From NCBI GenBank assembly GCA_037969015.1, contig JBBKWO010000057.1, positions 17,837 through 81,836 on the forward strand: a DNA stretch of 64,000 nucleotides. Reading direction: 5' to 3'. A program made the translations under genes and the position numbers. Below, one piece after another: positions 1 to 11,202 of the stretch. The notes beneath the pieces are model-generated. The model had not been told where the DNA came from, made no database searches, and worked only from the letters and a program-made list of their open reading frames with translations. This DNA is from Opitutaceae bacterium. GTDB taxonomy: Bacteria > Verrucomicrobiota > Verrucomicrobiia > Opitutales > Opitutaceae. Each line of letters opens with the position of its first letter. Positions within the stretch are counted from its first letter, which is position 1.

Positions 1-1058
1 ACCACAATCGGCAGCTTATAACGCTCATGGAGGAACTTTGCCCCCCAATAAAGCGAGTCGGGAATAACCTCCCAGTTGAAGTGGGTGCGCGGGCTACCGG
101 GCTGCGTCGGTGCGGCCATTTCCTGCCCATCGGGTCCCGCCTGCACTGCCGGGCCGGTGTAAATATTGGCCCCGTAAAAATCGAGCGGCTGCGCGATAGT
201 TGCCATCTCGGCGTCGGTATGCGCGGGCACCGCACGGCCATAAGCGCGCAACCCTTCCTCAGGATAACAGCCAAAGACCACCGGGTCGCCCCACCAGGTG
301 TTGTTCCAAACTCCGCCCGGATAAACCGCCGCCATACCGAGCATCGCAGCATGACGATCTGCCTCGCTATCCGTAGCGGGCGTGTAGGCCGAACCCACCG
401 GCGCCCAACCGACACTCGGCTTGGTTTTGGCCCGCGCGCGAATCACCTGCACCGACTCACCGTGCGCCAACAACACATGATGCGCGGCCAGCAAAACCTC
501 TTCCAGACCGAGCTTAAGACCGGGAGCGTGTTCACCGTTGAGATGCCCCATGCCAACGAAGCATTGCGGTTCGTTAAGCGTCATCCAATTGCTCACACGA
601 TCCGACAACCGGTCGACTACGGCAGCCGTGTATTCAGCAAACCACTTCGGACTGTCGGGATTCAGCCAACCGCCGCGTTGAAAAAGCGCGTAAGGGAAAT
701 CCCAGTGAAACAACGTCACCCACGGGTCGATGCCCGCGGCGAGTAATTCATCAACCAAACGGTCATAGAACCCGAGACCGGCGGTATTGATCCGCCCCGT
801 GCCCTCGGGCATGACTCGTGGCCACGACACGGATAACCGGTAGGCCTTTAAACCGATCTTCCCCATCAGGGCAACGTCGCCCTGGTAACGATTGTAGTGA
901 TCACAAGCCACATCTCCGGTGTGCCCTTGCCAAACCTTGCCGGATTGACGCGTCATCATATCCCAGACCGAGAGGCCCTTGCCGTCGGCCTGGGCGGCAC
1001 CTTCGATTTGGTAGGACGCCGCGGCGGCGCCCCAGATAAAATCATCACGGAAACTCAT
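1..1058 (-). CDS. GH1 beta-glucosidase. About 352 N-terminal aa are present and the C-terminus runs off the left edge.
   Basis: It is absent from the ORF track because there is no stop inside the window. Reverse-strand translation from the ATG (rc of 1056-1058) reads MSFRDDFIWGAAAASYQIEGAAQADGKGLSVWDMMTRQSGKVWQGHTGDVACDHYNRYQGDVALM... and later ...NWMTLNEPQCFVGMGHLNGEHAPG. These are the classic GH1 N-terminal and NEP acid/base motifs. The frame stays open to base 1 and ends ...ERYKLPIVV, just before the expected TENG nucleophile. Confidence 0.9.
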   Translation of the reverse strand, partial: MSFRDDFIWGAAAASYQIEGAAQADGKGLSVWDMMTRQSGKVWQGHTGDVACDHYNRYQGDVALMGKIGLKAYRLSVSWPRVMPEGTGRINTAGLGFYDRLVDELLAAGIDPWVTLFHWDFPYALFQRGGWLNPDSPKWFAEYTAAVVDRLSDRVSNWMTLNEPQCFVGMGHLNGEHAPGLKLGLEEVLLAAHHVLLAHGESVQVIRARAKTKPSVGWAPVGSAYTPATDSEADRHAAMLGMAAVYPGGVWNNTWWGDPVVFGCYPEEGLRAYGRAVPAHTDAEMATIAQPLDFYGANIYTGPAVQAGPDGQEMAAPTQPGSPRTHFNWEVIPDSLYWGAKFLHERYKLPIV

Positions 1059-1235
1059 GGGAATAGGGATATGTGCGAAAGAGGGAAAAGGGGGCGGTCC
1101 GTAAAACCGAGGGACGTTCACTATAGTCCAACTACCGCATCTGCATAAGCCCGCTCCCGACCCGTCATGTGCCGTCTTCCGACCAAAACGGCTGTAAGCT
1201 TGAGCCGCCGCAGTGAGGAGGCATTGCATCGCGAC

Positions 1236-2729
1236 ATGCCAGAAATCCCCCCAATCATCATTGATCTGTCCGGCCCGACGATTCCGTTCAACCGCTACTT
1301 TCAGCGCGGGGTCGGCTCCTGTCACGCTTACCTCACGCTGCGCGAGGATTTCCGTGATCATGTGCGACTCATCCAACGCGAGATCGGCTTCAGCGGCATT
1401 CGCTTTCACAACATTTTTAGCGACTGGGTCAGCGTGGTCCAGGGCGGCGAAGACACCGACGGTGGACCGCGGCTCAACTTTCAGAACGTTGATAAGATCT
1501 ACGATTTCTTCGTTGCGGAAGGCATGACGCCCTTTGTCGAGCTCGGCTTTATGCCGACACGACTGGCGAGCGGACCACAAACCATTTTCGACTATCGCGC
1601 CAACGTCACCCCACCGGCCGACTGGGCGCAATGGGCACGCCTCGTGCATCGCTTCACCCAGCATCTAGTCAATCGCTATGGCATCGACGAGGTGCTCGGC
1701 TGGCACTTTGAAGCATGGAACGAACCCGATCTGACCGGCGCGTTCTGGACCGGCACCCAAGCGGACTATTTCCGCCTCTACGCCGAGGCCGCCCGTGCCG
1801 TGAAGTCCGTCGACAACCGCCTGCGCGTCGGTGGCCCCGCCACCTCCAAAACCGCCTGGGTCCCCGCTTTCCTCGACTACTGCGCCAAGGAAAACGTGCC
1901 GGTGGATTTTGTTTCCACCCATCACTACGGGGTCGACGCGGACCTGGTCATCGGCGAGCCCGACGGACCGATGTATTACCGCGGGCCCTCGGCCATGGCA
2001 CGTGACGTTGCCCGCGTGCGCGCAGAAATCGCCGCCTCGGCATTTCCCGATGCCGAGCTGCACTTCACCGAGTGGAATGTGTCGCCAGCGCACGAGGACA
2101 TTTTCGGTAAAGACAGCGCCTTCACCGCCGCCTTTGCCTTGCAGTCCATTAAAGAAATTTCAGGCCTCGCCGACTCCTACATGTGGTGGACGCTCAGCGA
2201 CATCTTCGAGGAAAGCGGCGTCGGTCGCGGACCATTTTCCGGCAAATACGGTCTGCTGAATATTCACGGCATTCCAAAACCGGTCTTCCATGCCTTCCGC
2301 TGGCTGAGCCGCATGTATGATATCGAATTGCACGTTTCCCATTCATCAGCCCGAGCCACGGTATCACCGGCCGGCGACATCCGCCTGCTGGCTTGGAACC
2401 TGCCCGACATTGACAGCACGAACCTGACCGGTGGCGACTGGGCGACTCGTGGCGGCAAACGCCGCGACGTGTTCAAGCTGGCCGGGTTGCCCACCGGACA
2501 ACGACAACTTCGTATATGGATCGTGGATACTGAACGCGGAAATGCGGTCACTGCCTGGCGCGCGATGGGAGCCCCCGAGTATCTGACCACCGATCAAGTC
2601 GAAGCGCTAAGAGCCGCGGCCGAACCGATGCTGCTACGCGACGAGACAATCGATTCTGACGGAATGGTGGAGCTGGTGATCGAACTCCCCCCGCAAGCCA
2701 CTGCCTACGCCGAGCTGGCCCGGGTTTGA
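1236..2729 (+). CDS. GH39-type glycoside hydrolase (beta-xylosidase-like)
   Basis: It lies in ORF 1167-2729. An internal ATG at 1236 sits about 15 nt downstream of GGAGG. HFEAWNEPDL (acid/base) and LHFTEWN (nucleophile) match the GH39 pattern. Confidence 0.75.
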   Translation: MPEIPPIIIDLSGPTIPFNRYFQRGVGSCHAYLTLREDFRDHVRLIQREIGFSGIRFHNIFSDWVSVVQGGEDTDGGPRLNFQNVDKIYDFFVAEGMTPFVELGFMPTRLASGPQTIFDYRANVTPPADWAQWARLVHRFTQHLVNRYGIDEVLGWHFEAWNEPDLTGAFWTGTQADYFRLYAEAARAVKSVDNRLRVGGPATSKTAWVPAFLDYCAKENVPVDFVSTHHYGVDADLVIGEPDGPMYYRGPSAMARDVARVRAEIAASAFPDAELHFTEWNVSPAHEDIFGKDSAFTAAFALQSIKEISGLADSYMWWTLSDIFEESGVGRGPFSGKYGLLNIHGIPKPVFHAFRWLSRMYDIELHVSHSSARATVSPAGDIRLLAWNLPDIDSTNLTGGDWATRGGKRRDVFKLAGLPTGQRQLRIWIVDTERGNAVTAWRAMGAPEYLTTDQVEALRAAAEPMLLRDETIDSDGMVELVIELPPQATAYAELARV

Positions 2730-3616
2730 GGCTTGGAGAGCCCTCTCGCCTGACGCGCCACTCGCCAGGCACGAGGGGAAAAGCCCTCGTGCTCGGTAAA
2801 CCAGTTGGAGAAATGCGGCGGCGAACTGAACCCCAGTTCAAAGCCCACCTCCTTAATGGGCAATGAACTCTCGGCGAGTGCATGCCTGGCGAGCTCCAGA
2901 CGCCTCGTTTCATAATACTGAAACGGCGAAACGCCCAAATCCCTCCGGAAAAGTCGCCCTAGCTGGTTTACGCTCAAACCGCAACCGCGCGCCAGATCAG
3001 CCTCGGAAAACTTATCCCGCATCCGGTGGTCTTCGATCAGGACCAATGCCTTGGCCACCCGGGAATCGCGTTCATCCAGTGCCTCTGCCACCTCACCGGC
3101 CGATTCCATCACATCCACATATCCGCCCAACCAATCCATGAACGCAGCCTCGATACGAAAGTTATCCACCAAGCTCAGCCGTTCACGCGCGATATAAATA
3201 ATACCCGGTGCACCGACCGCTTCGTAAGCCTCGATCAAGCGACGCGCCACCACCGCCAGAGCTTCAGCGCGCCGCCCCGTCACCACCACATCACTACGCC
3301 TAGCGAACAATGGCAGACCTCCGCGAAGCCGTAGATGAAACCGCAACGACATCAGACGCGCTCCACCGGAAAAATGCTGCCGCCCCTGCTCCGCCCGCAA
3401 TAACAACCATTCCCCTTCGGTTGCCTTCACGGAGCCCCGCGCATAGGATACCGAAACCTCCCCTTCTTCAATATACCAAGCCACCGTTTCCTCCGAGCTC
3501 TCGGTCTTGTCCATGTCGCGATACTCCTCCTCGACCATGCGCTCGTTGGCCCACATCAGACGGGCCTGCAATCCGTAGATGTCCATCTTCACACGTTGAG
3601 GTGAGCGATCAGCCAT
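2705..3616 (-). CDS. AraC/XylS-family transcriptional regulator (cupin-like N-domain plus HTH)
   Basis: It lies in ORF 2705-3820 and the likely start is MADRSPQ... (rc ATG 3614-3616). The C-terminus has the AraC double-HTH signature: GLSVNQLGRLFRRDLGVSPFQYYETRRLELARHAL...LGFSSPPHFSNWF. Confidence 0.85.
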   Translation of the reverse strand: MADRSPQRVKMDIYGLQARLMWANERMVEEEYRDMDKTESSEETVAWYIEEGEVSVSYARGSVKATEGEWLLLRAEQGRQHFSGGARLMSLRFHLRLRGGLPLFARRSDVVVTGRRAEALAVVARRLIEAYEAVGAPGIIYIARERLSLVDNFRIEAAFMDWLGGYVDVMESAGEVAEALDERDSRVAKALVLIEDHRMRDKFSEADLARGCGLSVNQLGRLFRRDLGVSPFQYYETRRLELARHALAESSLPIKEVGFELGFSSPPHFSNWFTEHEGFSPRAWRVARQARGLSKPQTRASSA

Positions 3617-3707
3617 GGTGCTATTCTGTATCCTTTTGGTTATTTCGCGCAACCCCTTAAACTTTATAGATCGTGAAAGTGCCCCAAGATCGCAGCACAG
3701 TATAACT

Positions 3708-4526
3708 ATGAAACCCCAAATTATTACCTCCCTGCTAGCCCTTGCTTTAACCGCGTCAGCTTCAGCCAGCGTGCTGATGCTCGACTTTGGCCCGACCACG
3801 CCGACTAGTGCGACCACCAACAGCCCCTACCACACGGCCAACGGTTCTTTCACGAACGGGAATTGGAATGTGCTCGGCTTAAGCGATATCGCCTCCGGAC
3901 TTGTATTCAGTGACAACAGTGCCGCAACCGGCGTGTCCGTGAATCTTGGCATCACCACCACCACCACTGTGAACCTAGCCTCTCAGCCAGGCTCTACAAG
4001 TGCCCTCGCCGCAGGCACCAGCGTCGGCGTCTACTCAGGAAACTCGGTCGGAACCGATGGTATATTCAGTGGCAATTCCACCAGCGGCACTGCCGTAGGC
4101 CTGCAAATTGGCGGCCTATCCGCCGGCACTTACGACATCTATGTCGCTGCGCGTAACACCAACGTCGGCACCAATGCAGGTGCCTACACCCAGATCGTCT
4201 ACGCCAGTGCAGCTGCCTCCGGAGACCCATTCAATTTCTCCGGCTACAGTAACGGCACGCTCAGCTACACCAGCGCGAGCACCAGTGAATTCACCACAAG
4301 CTGGGTTCAGGGTGAAAACTATATCAAACTCAGCGTCTCCCTCTCTTCCGGTGAGCTCCTTAACGTCGCGGTCGACGGCGGCGGCACAGGTCGCGGCTTT
4401 ATCAATGCCGTGCAGATCGTGCAAACGAGCTCGGCTATTCCCGAGCCTTCGACCTACGGCGCCATTGGTGGTCTGGCCGTCCTCGGTCTCGCGATGGCCC
4501 AACGTCGTCGTCGCTGCCAGGGCTGA
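3708..4526 (+). CDS. PEP-CTERM sorting-domain secreted protein (Thr/Ser/Gly-rich)
   Basis: The start MKPQIITSLLALALTASASA is a signal peptide. The C-terminus IPEPSTYGAIGGLAVLGLAMAQRRRR has the PEP motif, a TM helix and an Arg cluster. Confidence 0.8.
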   Translation: MKPQIITSLLALALTASASASVLMLDFGPTTPTSATTNSPYHTANGSFTNGNWNVLGLSDIASGLVFSDNSAATGVSVNLGITTTTTVNLASQPGSTSALAAGTSVGVYSGNSVGTDGIFSGNSTSGTAVGLQIGGLSAGTYDIYVAARNTNVGTNAGAYTQIVYASAAASGDPFNFSGYSNGTLSYTSASTSEFTTSWVQGENYIKLSVSLSSGELLNVAVDGGGTGRGFINAVQIVQTSSAIPEPSTYGAIGGLAVLGLAMAQRRRRCQG

Positions 4527-4554
4527 TTTTTTATTTCCCCTGATCGCATTTGCT

Positions 4555-4588
4555 AAAAACCGCCTTTCTCTCGGAAGGCGGTTTTTTG
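4555..4588 (+). terminator. Rho-independent terminator after the PEP-CTERM gene
   Basis: The stem AACCGCCTT / AAGGCGGTT has an 8-nt loop and is followed by TTTTTT. Confidence 0.7.
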
Positions 4589-4603
4589 TGCCGTCAGCAC
4601 CCG

Positions 4604-5554
4604 TCAACCCGTCGCTTCACGCAACGCCTTCCGCTGAAACTCGCCCGGCGGTATTCCCACCAAACGACGGAACGCCTTGCTGAAATGAAAGCGGTCCGAG
4701 AATCCCGATAACTCCGCAGCGTCCTCAATCGTCACCTTGGGATTAGCCAGCAGGCGCTTGGCCCGGTTAATACGAGCCTGCAGCAGATAAAGGCTGAGAT
4801 CCGTGCCCATGGACTGCTTGAACTTCCGCCCGAGAAAATCCGGATGGCAGTTCAGATGGTCCGCGAGATCCTTCACAATAAACGGCTCCTGCAAATGCGC
4901 CGCGATGTAAGCGATGGCCTCACGCACAACATACGGGACGTCCTCTGGATCGTTGTAAGGGTAACGTAGCGCACGCACCTTGTAGAGCTCCGGACGCACC
5001 CCGCTCGCATCAAAGAAAAACCGCGCCAACCGCGCCACCGTGCGCAGGGTCTGCTGGTGCATCGGAATACTTTCCGCATCGATCTTCGGCACCTGCTTCA
5101 GCGCCTGCAAATACGGCTCCGGATCATAGTTCATTCGTGCGCAATAGCGCCGGATGCGCAGCGCCGAACGCTTCTCCTGGCCACGCACGACGACCGAACC
5201 AAAATAAAATACGCCGAGCACGCGATTGCTGATGATCAGCGGTTCGGCGATGTCGAAAAGCCCCAGATGGCACAGGCCGTTGAGCCCCGCCTTGCGGCGA
5301 ACAACCAGTCGGTTGACCGCCACTTTGTTACGCGTGCAATCGCGGCTCCAATCCGGCTTCTTCGCCAGCTGGCAATACTCGCACATGTGGAACTGATGCC
5401 CCGCATCCAGCCGCATCGCCGGCACGTCCGTATGCGCCCCATTCAACATCCCCGTCAGATCATCGAAGCTCATGTGCATGCCGCTTCCCGCCTCAAACGA
5501 CTCCATTAACTCCTGAAGCATTGGACGCTCGCTACTGATCGGGGAACTTTCCAT
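4604..5554 (-). CDS. PocR-like sensor domain fused to an AraC-type HTH regulator
   Basis: The likely start is MESSPISS (rc ATG 5552-5554). The N-terminal half has a PocR-like Cys/His pattern: HMCEYCQ...DC...GLCHLGLFDIAEPLI...LGVFYFG. The C-terminus is an AraC HTH: ...LLQARINRAKRLL...AELSGFSDRFHFSKAFRR. Confidence 0.8.
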   Translation of the reverse strand: MESSPISSERPMLQELMESFEAGSGMHMSFDDLTGMLNGAHTDVPAMRLDAGHQFHMCEYCQLAKKPDWSRDCTRNKVAVNRLVVRRKAGLNGLCHLGLFDIAEPLIISNRVLGVFYFGSVVVRGQEKRSALRIRRYCARMNYDPEPYLQALKQVPKIDAESIPMHQQTLRTVARLARFFFDASGVRPELYKVRALRYPYNDPEDVPYVVREAIAYIAAHLQEPFIVKDLADHLNCHPDFLGRKFKQSMGTDLSLYLLQARINRAKRLLANPKVTIEDAAELSGFSDRFHFSKAFRRLVGIPPGEFQRKALREATG

Positions 5555-5710
5555 GTCGGGCAAAGGCAACACCCTCCAGACAATCGCCGCCCATCCACGG
5601 CACAAGCGACAAATCCGCGATGCCTTCCACTGAGTCGGCAGACGACACATCGCAGGTCGGCAAACAGGTCACCCCCCTGAACGGGGTTACGGTAGACTGA
5701 CGCCCTTCCG

Positions 5711-7087
5711 ATGAAGACCCATTCTCTTAACACCCGCCAAATCCCAATCGACGACAGTTGGGATATTATTGTTGCCGGAGGTGGTCCCGCCGGCTGCACC
5801 GCCGCCATCGCCGCCGCCCGTGAAGGCGCCCGCACGCTGCTCGTCGAATCCACCGGATCGCTCGGAGGCTCCGGAACCAGCGCACTCGTGCCCGCTTGGT
5901 GTCCGTTTTCCGACAAGGAAAAAATCATTTACCGCGGCCTCGCCGAGACCGTCTTTAACGCCGCCAAAGAAGGTATCGCCCACGTAAAATCCGGCGATCT
6001 CGACTGGGTTCCGATCAACGCCGAAAAGCTTAAACGCGTTTACGACGATCTCCTGACGACAGCCGGCGCCAGCGTCCTGTTTCAAACCACACTGTGCACC
6101 GTTGAAAAATCGGCCGACGATACCGTGTCCACCCTCATCGTGGCCAACAAGGCCGGCCTCTCCGCACTGCGCGCCAAGGTCTATGTCGACTGCACCGGTG
6201 ACGCCGATCTGTCCGCGTGGGCAGGCGCGGAGTTTCAACAAGGCGACGAAAACGGCGAGACCCAAGCGACGACTCACTGCTTCACCCTGGCGAACATCGA
6301 CTCCTACGCCTACGCACACTCCCCCGATCTCGGGTGGTGGGATCCGCTCAGTCCCATTCACAACATCGTCGCATCCGGCCGGTATCCGGAAATCCCCGAC
6401 AAGCACCTTTGCGCGAATCTGGTCGGACCGGGAACGGTCGGCTTTAACGCAGGCCATATCTGGGACGTTGACAACACCGACCCCAGCTCCATCTCCCGAG
6501 CCCTGATGCAGGGCCGTCGCATGGCCGAAGCATACCGCAAAGGCCTCGCGGAGTTTGCCCCGCAAACGTTCGCCAACGCCTTTGTCGTCAGCACCGGAGC
6601 CGTTCTCGGTGTGCGTGAATCCCGACGGGTTACCGGCGACTACGTGCTCACACTCGAAGACTTCCTCGAACGCCGCAGCTTCCCCGATGAGATCTGCCGC
6701 AACAGCTACTTCATCGACCTGCATCAGACCAAAGAGGAACACGCCAAACACTTGACCGAGGTCGATACCGCCACGCGCTTCAAGCAGTATGGCAAAGGCG
6801 AATCACACGGTATTCCCTACCGTTGCCTGACCCCCAAAGGCCTCAAGAACGTGCTCATCGCCGGACGCTCCGTTTCCTGCGAGCGCATTGTGCAAGGCAG
6901 CGTGCGCGTCATGCCCGTTTGTCTCGCCATGGGAGAAGCCGCCGGAGTGGCCGCCGCACTCGCCGCCGCCACTCCCGGACACGATGTGCATGCCGTAGAC
7001 ACCGAGATTCTGCGCATACGATTACAAGCTCACGGAGCCCATCTGCCCCCTGTGAAAGCCGCGGTCAACGAACCGGTGTTTTCTTAA
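5711..7087 (+). CDS. FAD-dependent oxidoreductase (FAD_oxidored / PF12831-like)
   Basis: The N-terminal Rossmann motif is WDIIVAGGGPAGCTAAIAAAREGARTLLVE, and the ORF is 458 aa. Confidence 0.8.
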   Translation: MKTHSLNTRQIPIDDSWDIIVAGGGPAGCTAAIAAAREGARTLLVESTGSLGGSGTSALVPAWCPFSDKEKIIYRGLAETVFNAAKEGIAHVKSGDLDWVPINAEKLKRVYDDLLTTAGASVLFQTTLCTVEKSADDTVSTLIVANKAGLSALRAKVYVDCTGDADLSAWAGAEFQQGDENGETQATTHCFTLANIDSYAYAHSPDLGWWDPLSPIHNIVASGRYPEIPDKHLCANLVGPGTVGFNAGHIWDVDNTDPSSISRALMQGRRMAEAYRKGLAEFAPQTFANAFVVSTGAVLGVRESRRVTGDYVLTLEDFLERRSFPDEICRNSYFIDLHQTKEEHAKHLTEVDTATRFKQYGKGESHGIPYRCLTPKGLKNVLIAGRSVSCERIVQGSVRVMPVCLAMGEAAGVAAALAAATPGHDVHAVDTEILRIRLQAHGAHLPPVKAAVNEPVFS

Positions 7088-8690
7088 ACTCAGCACCAAG
7101 TCCAGCCCGGCTCGCAGGATCATTAAATACATATCCCCTGGCCACTCGTGTGTAGGCCTTCACCTGCGCCTGCTGCCAGGCCACGTCGTGGCCCAGTTCA
7201 CGGGCGACCAACCGGGCCACTTCCGGTGCCGCTTCGATCGAGGCCCGGGCATCCAGCAAGAGCGCCCGGGTCCGCCGTGACAAAACATCCTCCACCGTGC
7301 GCGCCATTTCCTCACGAACCGCCCAGACCACCTCACACTTTTCGTAAGGGAGATCCTTATGCAGACGCACCGCCATGTGCGGGTCGTCGTCGGCCATTTG
7401 CTCTATCTTCGGCGCATCCGCCCCGTAGACCCGCCAATGATCGGCCGCCCCCTGCACCAGCGACCAGCCGTGAATGTGCAACAACTCGGTGTTGCCCTTG
7501 CCCAACTTGCGTTCCACCCCCGCCACCGTCTCCGCCTGATCAATCACATCTTCGGCCATCTTGCGATAGGTCGTCCACTTGCCGCCCGTCACGGTCACCA
7601 AACCACTCTCGCTCACCACAATCGTGTGATCCCGCGACAACGCCGCCGTATCCGCACCGCCATCACCGTCAGCCTTCACCAACGGACGCAGCCCAGCATA
7701 AATACTCAACACATCCTCCGCCGTCGGATCCATCGCCAGATACTTGCGCGCATGCTCCAACACAAAATCGCGCTCCTCATCCAAAGCTCGCGGCTCCATC
7801 GATGCTTTCCCCAACGGTGTGTCCGTCGTGCCCACGATCACCCGGTCGTGCCAAGGCACCGCAAACAACACCCGACCATCCGCAGTCTTTGGTATCATGA
7901 TCGCGGAGTTCCCCGGCAAAAACCGCTTCGGCAACACCAAGTGAATCCCCTGGCTCACCGCAACCATGGGCCGCGCCGACGGATCATCCTGCCTGCGCAC
8001 CTCGTCCACAAATACGCCCGTCGCATTGATGACCGCCCGCGCCCGCACCGTGAACACCTCTCCAGTCTCTTCGTCGCGAGCCTGCACCCCGTGCACCTGA
8101 CCGCCTTCCTTCACCAAGCCGATCACCGCACAGTGATTCAACACCGCCGCGCCCAACTCATCCGCCGTCTGCGCCAGATTGATCGCCAACCGCGCGTCAT
8201 CAAACTGCCCGTCATGATACATCACCCCGCCCAAAAGCCCCGCGGTCTCAATCGTGGGAATGTGGTTGATCGTCTCCTCACGACTCAAACGCCGCGACGG
8301 TGCCAGCCCCAGCTTGCCCGCCATCTGATCATAGACCTTTAAACCCACCCCATAAAACGGCCCGTCCCACCAATGGTAAACCGGAATGACAAACGCCATA
8401 TCGTGCACCAGGTGCGGCGCGTTTCTCGCCAACCGGCCACGCTCGCGCAGCGCCTCCAACACCAGCGAAATATTACCCTGCTTCAGGTATCTCACGCCAC
8501 CATGCACCAGCTTGGTCGACCGACTGGAAGTGCCCTGCGCAAAATCAGACCGCTCCAACAACGCCACCCGATGCCCGCGCGCCGCCGCATCCACCGCCGC
8601 GCCCAGACCCGTCGCCCCGCCGCCGATGATCAAAAAATCAAACGGTTCTGCCGCGTTATGCAGACGCCCCATGGACACCTCGCGTTTCAT
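7065..8690 (-). CDS. glpD: FAD-dependent glycerol-3-phosphate dehydrogenase
   Basis: [53 protein letters not shown] is typical of GlpD. Its ATG overlaps the glpK stop in an ATGA junction at 8687-8690. Confidence 0.9.
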   Translation of the reverse strand: MKREVSMGRLHNAAEPFDFLIIGGGATGLGAAVDAAARGHRVALLERSDFAQGTSSRSTKLVHGGVRYLKQGNISLVLEALRERGRLARNAPHLVHDMAFVIPVYHWWDGPFYGVGLKVYDQMAGKLGLAPSRRLSREETINHIPTIETAGLLGGVMYHDGQFDDARLAINLAQTADELGAAVLNHCAVIGLVKEGGQVHGVQARDEETGEVFTVRARAVINATGVFVDEVRRQDDPSARPMVAVSQGIHLVLPKRFLPGNSAIMIPKTADGRVLFAVPWHDRVIVGTTDTPLGKASMEPRALDEERDFVLEHARKYLAMDPTAEDVLSIYAGLRPLVKADGDGGADTAALSRDHTIVVSESGLVTVTGGKWTTYRKMAEDVIDQAETVAGVERKLGKGNTELLHIHGWSLVQGAADHWRVYGADAPKIEQMADDDPHMAVRLHKDLPYEKCEVVWAVREEMARTVEDVLSRRTRALLLDARASIEAAPEVARLVARELGHDVAWQQAQVKAYTRVARGYVFNDPASRAGLGAEFKKTPVR

Positions 8691-10198
8691 GTCCCGTCCT
8701 CCGGTTCGGCCCAGCCCTTGGAACGTTCCAGCGCTCGCTCCCAGCCGCGTCGCAACGCCGCCGCGTCATCCGCCGGTTTTGCCGGACTGAAGGTCTTGTC
8801 CGTATCCCAATGCCTTAAAATCTCATCTCGGTCGGACCAAAAGCCCACCGCCAACCCAGCCAGATAAGCCGCGCCCATCGCCGTGGTTTCAATGTTCTTC
8901 GGCCGCACCACCGGCGTGCCCAGCAGGTCGGCCTGAAACTGTAGCAACGGGGCACTGCGCGAAGCGCCACCATCGACCCGCAGCTCCTTGAGCGTGATGC
9001 CGCTATCCTTTTCCATGCAAGCAATCAGGTCCGCGCTTTGATACGCGATCGCCTCCAACGCCGCGCGGCAAAAATGCGCACGGTTGGTCCCCCGCGTCAT
9101 GCCCACGGCCACACCGCGTGCATACGGATCCCAATGCGGCGCGCCCAACCCGGTGAACGCCGGCACCAAAAACAAACCGCCCGCATCCGGCACCGACGCC
9201 GCCAACGCGTCCAACTCCTTAACCGACTTTACCAACTGCAGCTCATCGCGCAGCCACTGAATCACCGCGCCACCGACAAACACCGACCCCTCCAACGCGT
9301 ATTCAGTTTTCCCCGACACCCTCCACGCGATAGTCGTCAACAAGTTGTTCTTCGAAACCACCGGCTCGGTGCCTGTGTTCATCAGCAGAAAACAACCGGT
9401 GCCATAGGTGTTCTTGGCCATGCCGGCGGCAAAACACGCCTGACCAAACAACGCCGCGTGCTGGTCACCCGCCATGCCGGCGATCGGCACGCCGCCCGGG
9501 AACAGGTTGCGGTCCACCTCGCCATACACCTCAGAGTTAGAACGCACTTCCGGTAGCATCGCCCGCGGCACGCCAAAGAGCTTGAGCAACTCATCGTCCC
9601 ACTCGCCCGTGCGCAAATTGAGCAACAGGGTCCGCGATGCATTCGTCACGTCGGTCGCGTGGACCTTGCCCGCGGTCAACTGCCAGAGCAGCCACGAGTC
9701 CACTGTGCCAAACAACAGTTCACCCGCCTCGGCCCGTGCCCGTGCGCCGGATACGTTGTCCAGAATCCAGCGGATCTTCGTCGCCGAAAAATACGGATCA
9801 AGCCGCAGCCCCGTGCGCTCGGTGACCATCGCCTCCGCGCCATCACGCTTGAGTCGTGCGCAGAAGTCCGCGGTGCGACGGTCCTGCCAGACGATCGCGT
9901 TGTAAACCGGCTTACCCGTTACGCGCTCCCACACGATGGTCGTCTCACGCTGATTGGTGATACCCACCGCCGCGATGGCAGACGTGCCCAGATTGGCCTG
10001 AGCCAGCGCATCGCCGATTGTCGCGCTCTGACTCGACCAGATCGCCATCGGATCATGCTCCACCCAGCCCGGTCGCGGATAAATCTGGGGAAACTCCTTT
10101 TGAGCACTACTCGCCACCGCCCCGTCATGGCCAAACAGCATCGCCCGCGACGACGTCGTGCCCTGATCAAGAGCGAGAATATAGCGGGGTTTGCTCAT
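8687..10198 (-). CDS. glpK: Glycerol kinase
   Basis: [22 protein letters not shown]..., [12 protein letters not shown] and the FGGY-family C-terminus support the call. The start was chosen at rc ATG 10196-10198; the ORF track start at 10219 is 7 codons upstream. Confidence 0.95.
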   Translation of the reverse strand: MSKPRYILALDQGTTSSRAMLFGHDGAVASSAQKEFPQIYPRPGWVEHDPMAIWSSQSATIGDALAQANLGTSAIAAVGITNQRETTIVWERVTGKPVYNAIVWQDRRTADFCARLKRDGAEAMVTERTGLRLDPYFSATKIRWILDNVSGARARAEAGELLFGTVDSWLLWQLTAGKVHATDVTNASRTLLLNLRTGEWDDELLKLFGVPRAMLPEVRSNSEVYGEVDRNLFPGGVPIAGMAGDQHAALFGQACFAAGMAKNTYGTGCFLLMNTGTEPVVSKNNLLTTIAWRVSGKTEYALEGSVFVGGAVIQWLRDELQLVKSVKELDALAASVPDAGGLFLVPAFTGLGAPHWDPYARGVAVGMTRGTNRAHFCRAALEAIAYQSADLIACMEKDSGITLKELRVDGGASRSAPLLQFQADLLGTPVVRPKNIETTAMGAAYLAGLAVGFWSDRDEILRHWDTDKTFSPAKPADDAAALRRGWERALERSKGWAEPEDGT

Positions 10199-10491
10199 AG
10201 GAAAACGCGGGATTTGCACCGAAGGCGCTCACTCGGCGCCGCTGACTATAACTATCATCATGCCAAGGACAAACAACTTGGCACAAAGCCACCCCCGCCT
10301 CCTGCAGTTTTTTAAACTCCGGACTTGCACTAGACAACTAGTCAACTATCTATCATTTCATAGCCACTTGATCTACGGTAAATAAAATCGTTATACCAGC
10401 TACGGGCCATCGCCCAAACCAGCCATACCCCGCAAAGCCCTGCGTCTTTTTTTAAACCACATACTTTACCATTTAGTTAACTACTCTAATC

Positions 10492-10689
10492 ATGAACGCA
10501 CTCACCTTTATTCCCGTCACCAGCGCCCACCGCCAGGTCAACCGCAGCGCCAAGACCTCGCAAGCCGCCACCAACCAGCAGGCCGCCCGCCTGGCCGGGC
10601 TCATCACCACCAGCCGTCGCCCGGCGCTCTTCTGGGACCCCCACGTGGTCGACCGGCTCACCGCGCCCGTTTCCCGAATCCGTGAATAA
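10492..10689 (+). CDS. Small hypothetical protein (65 aa)
   Basis: It starts with ATG. By hand count, third-codon positions are about 85-90% G/C, matching the coding bias of neighbouring genes. It has no recognisable family and lies 40 nt upstream of trxA. Confidence 0.4.
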   Translation: MNALTFIPVTSAHRQVNRSAKTSQAATNQQAARLAGLITTSRRPALFWDPHVVDRLTAPVSRIRE

Positions 10690-10728
10690 CCGACCGGCTC
10701 CCCGCATCTCCGACCAACACCAATCATC

Positions 10729-11067
10729 ATGAATACGTCCAACAACACACCTGTTCACCTCACCGAGTCCTCGCTTGCCAACGCCATCGCCGCCTCCCAC
10801 GACCGTCCGGTCCTTGTCGACTTCTGGGCTCCGTGGTGCGGCCCCTGCAAAGCGCTCGGCCCCGTCATCGACCAACTCGCCGCCGAATCCGGCGACAAGG
10901 CACTGATCACGAAGCTCGACATCGACGACGCCCCCGAGGCCGCCGCCGCCCACGCCGTCCGGTCCATCCCGACGCTCATCGTCTTCCGCCACGGCAAGGA
11001 AGCCGCCCGCCTCGTCGGACTGCAATCTGCCGGCGCCCTCCGGTCGGCCATAAGCGCCGCCGCCTAA
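10729..11067 (+). CDS. trxA: Thioredoxin
   Basis: The active site is WAPWCGPCK, the length is 112 aa, and a cis-Pro region IPTLIVF is present. Confidence 0.9.
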   Translation: MNTSNNTPVHLTESSLANAIAASHDRPVLVDFWAPWCGPCKALGPVIDQLAAESGDKALITKLDIDDAPEAAAAHAVRSIPTLIVFRHGKEAARLVGLQSAGALRSAISAAA

Positions 11068-11202
11068 AGACCGCGCTGCCAATCAACCAAAACAGCAAAG
11101 GCGCTGGCGGGACGCTCACCACACGCTTTTCCCTCCGCGATCTTTGCGACGCGACTCCGCATTAAAACTCCGACTTCTTTAAAACCAATCACGACCTCCA
11201 TC

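Noticed and set aside
10320-10490. A GlpR-type operator or clear promoter in the AT-rich glpK / trxA divergent region.
   Set aside because: The region contains direct repeats (GACAACTA GTCAACTA), a TAGTTAACTA palindrome and a possible TTGCAC-N16-TATCTA promoter. None matches a known operator consensus well enough for me to call.
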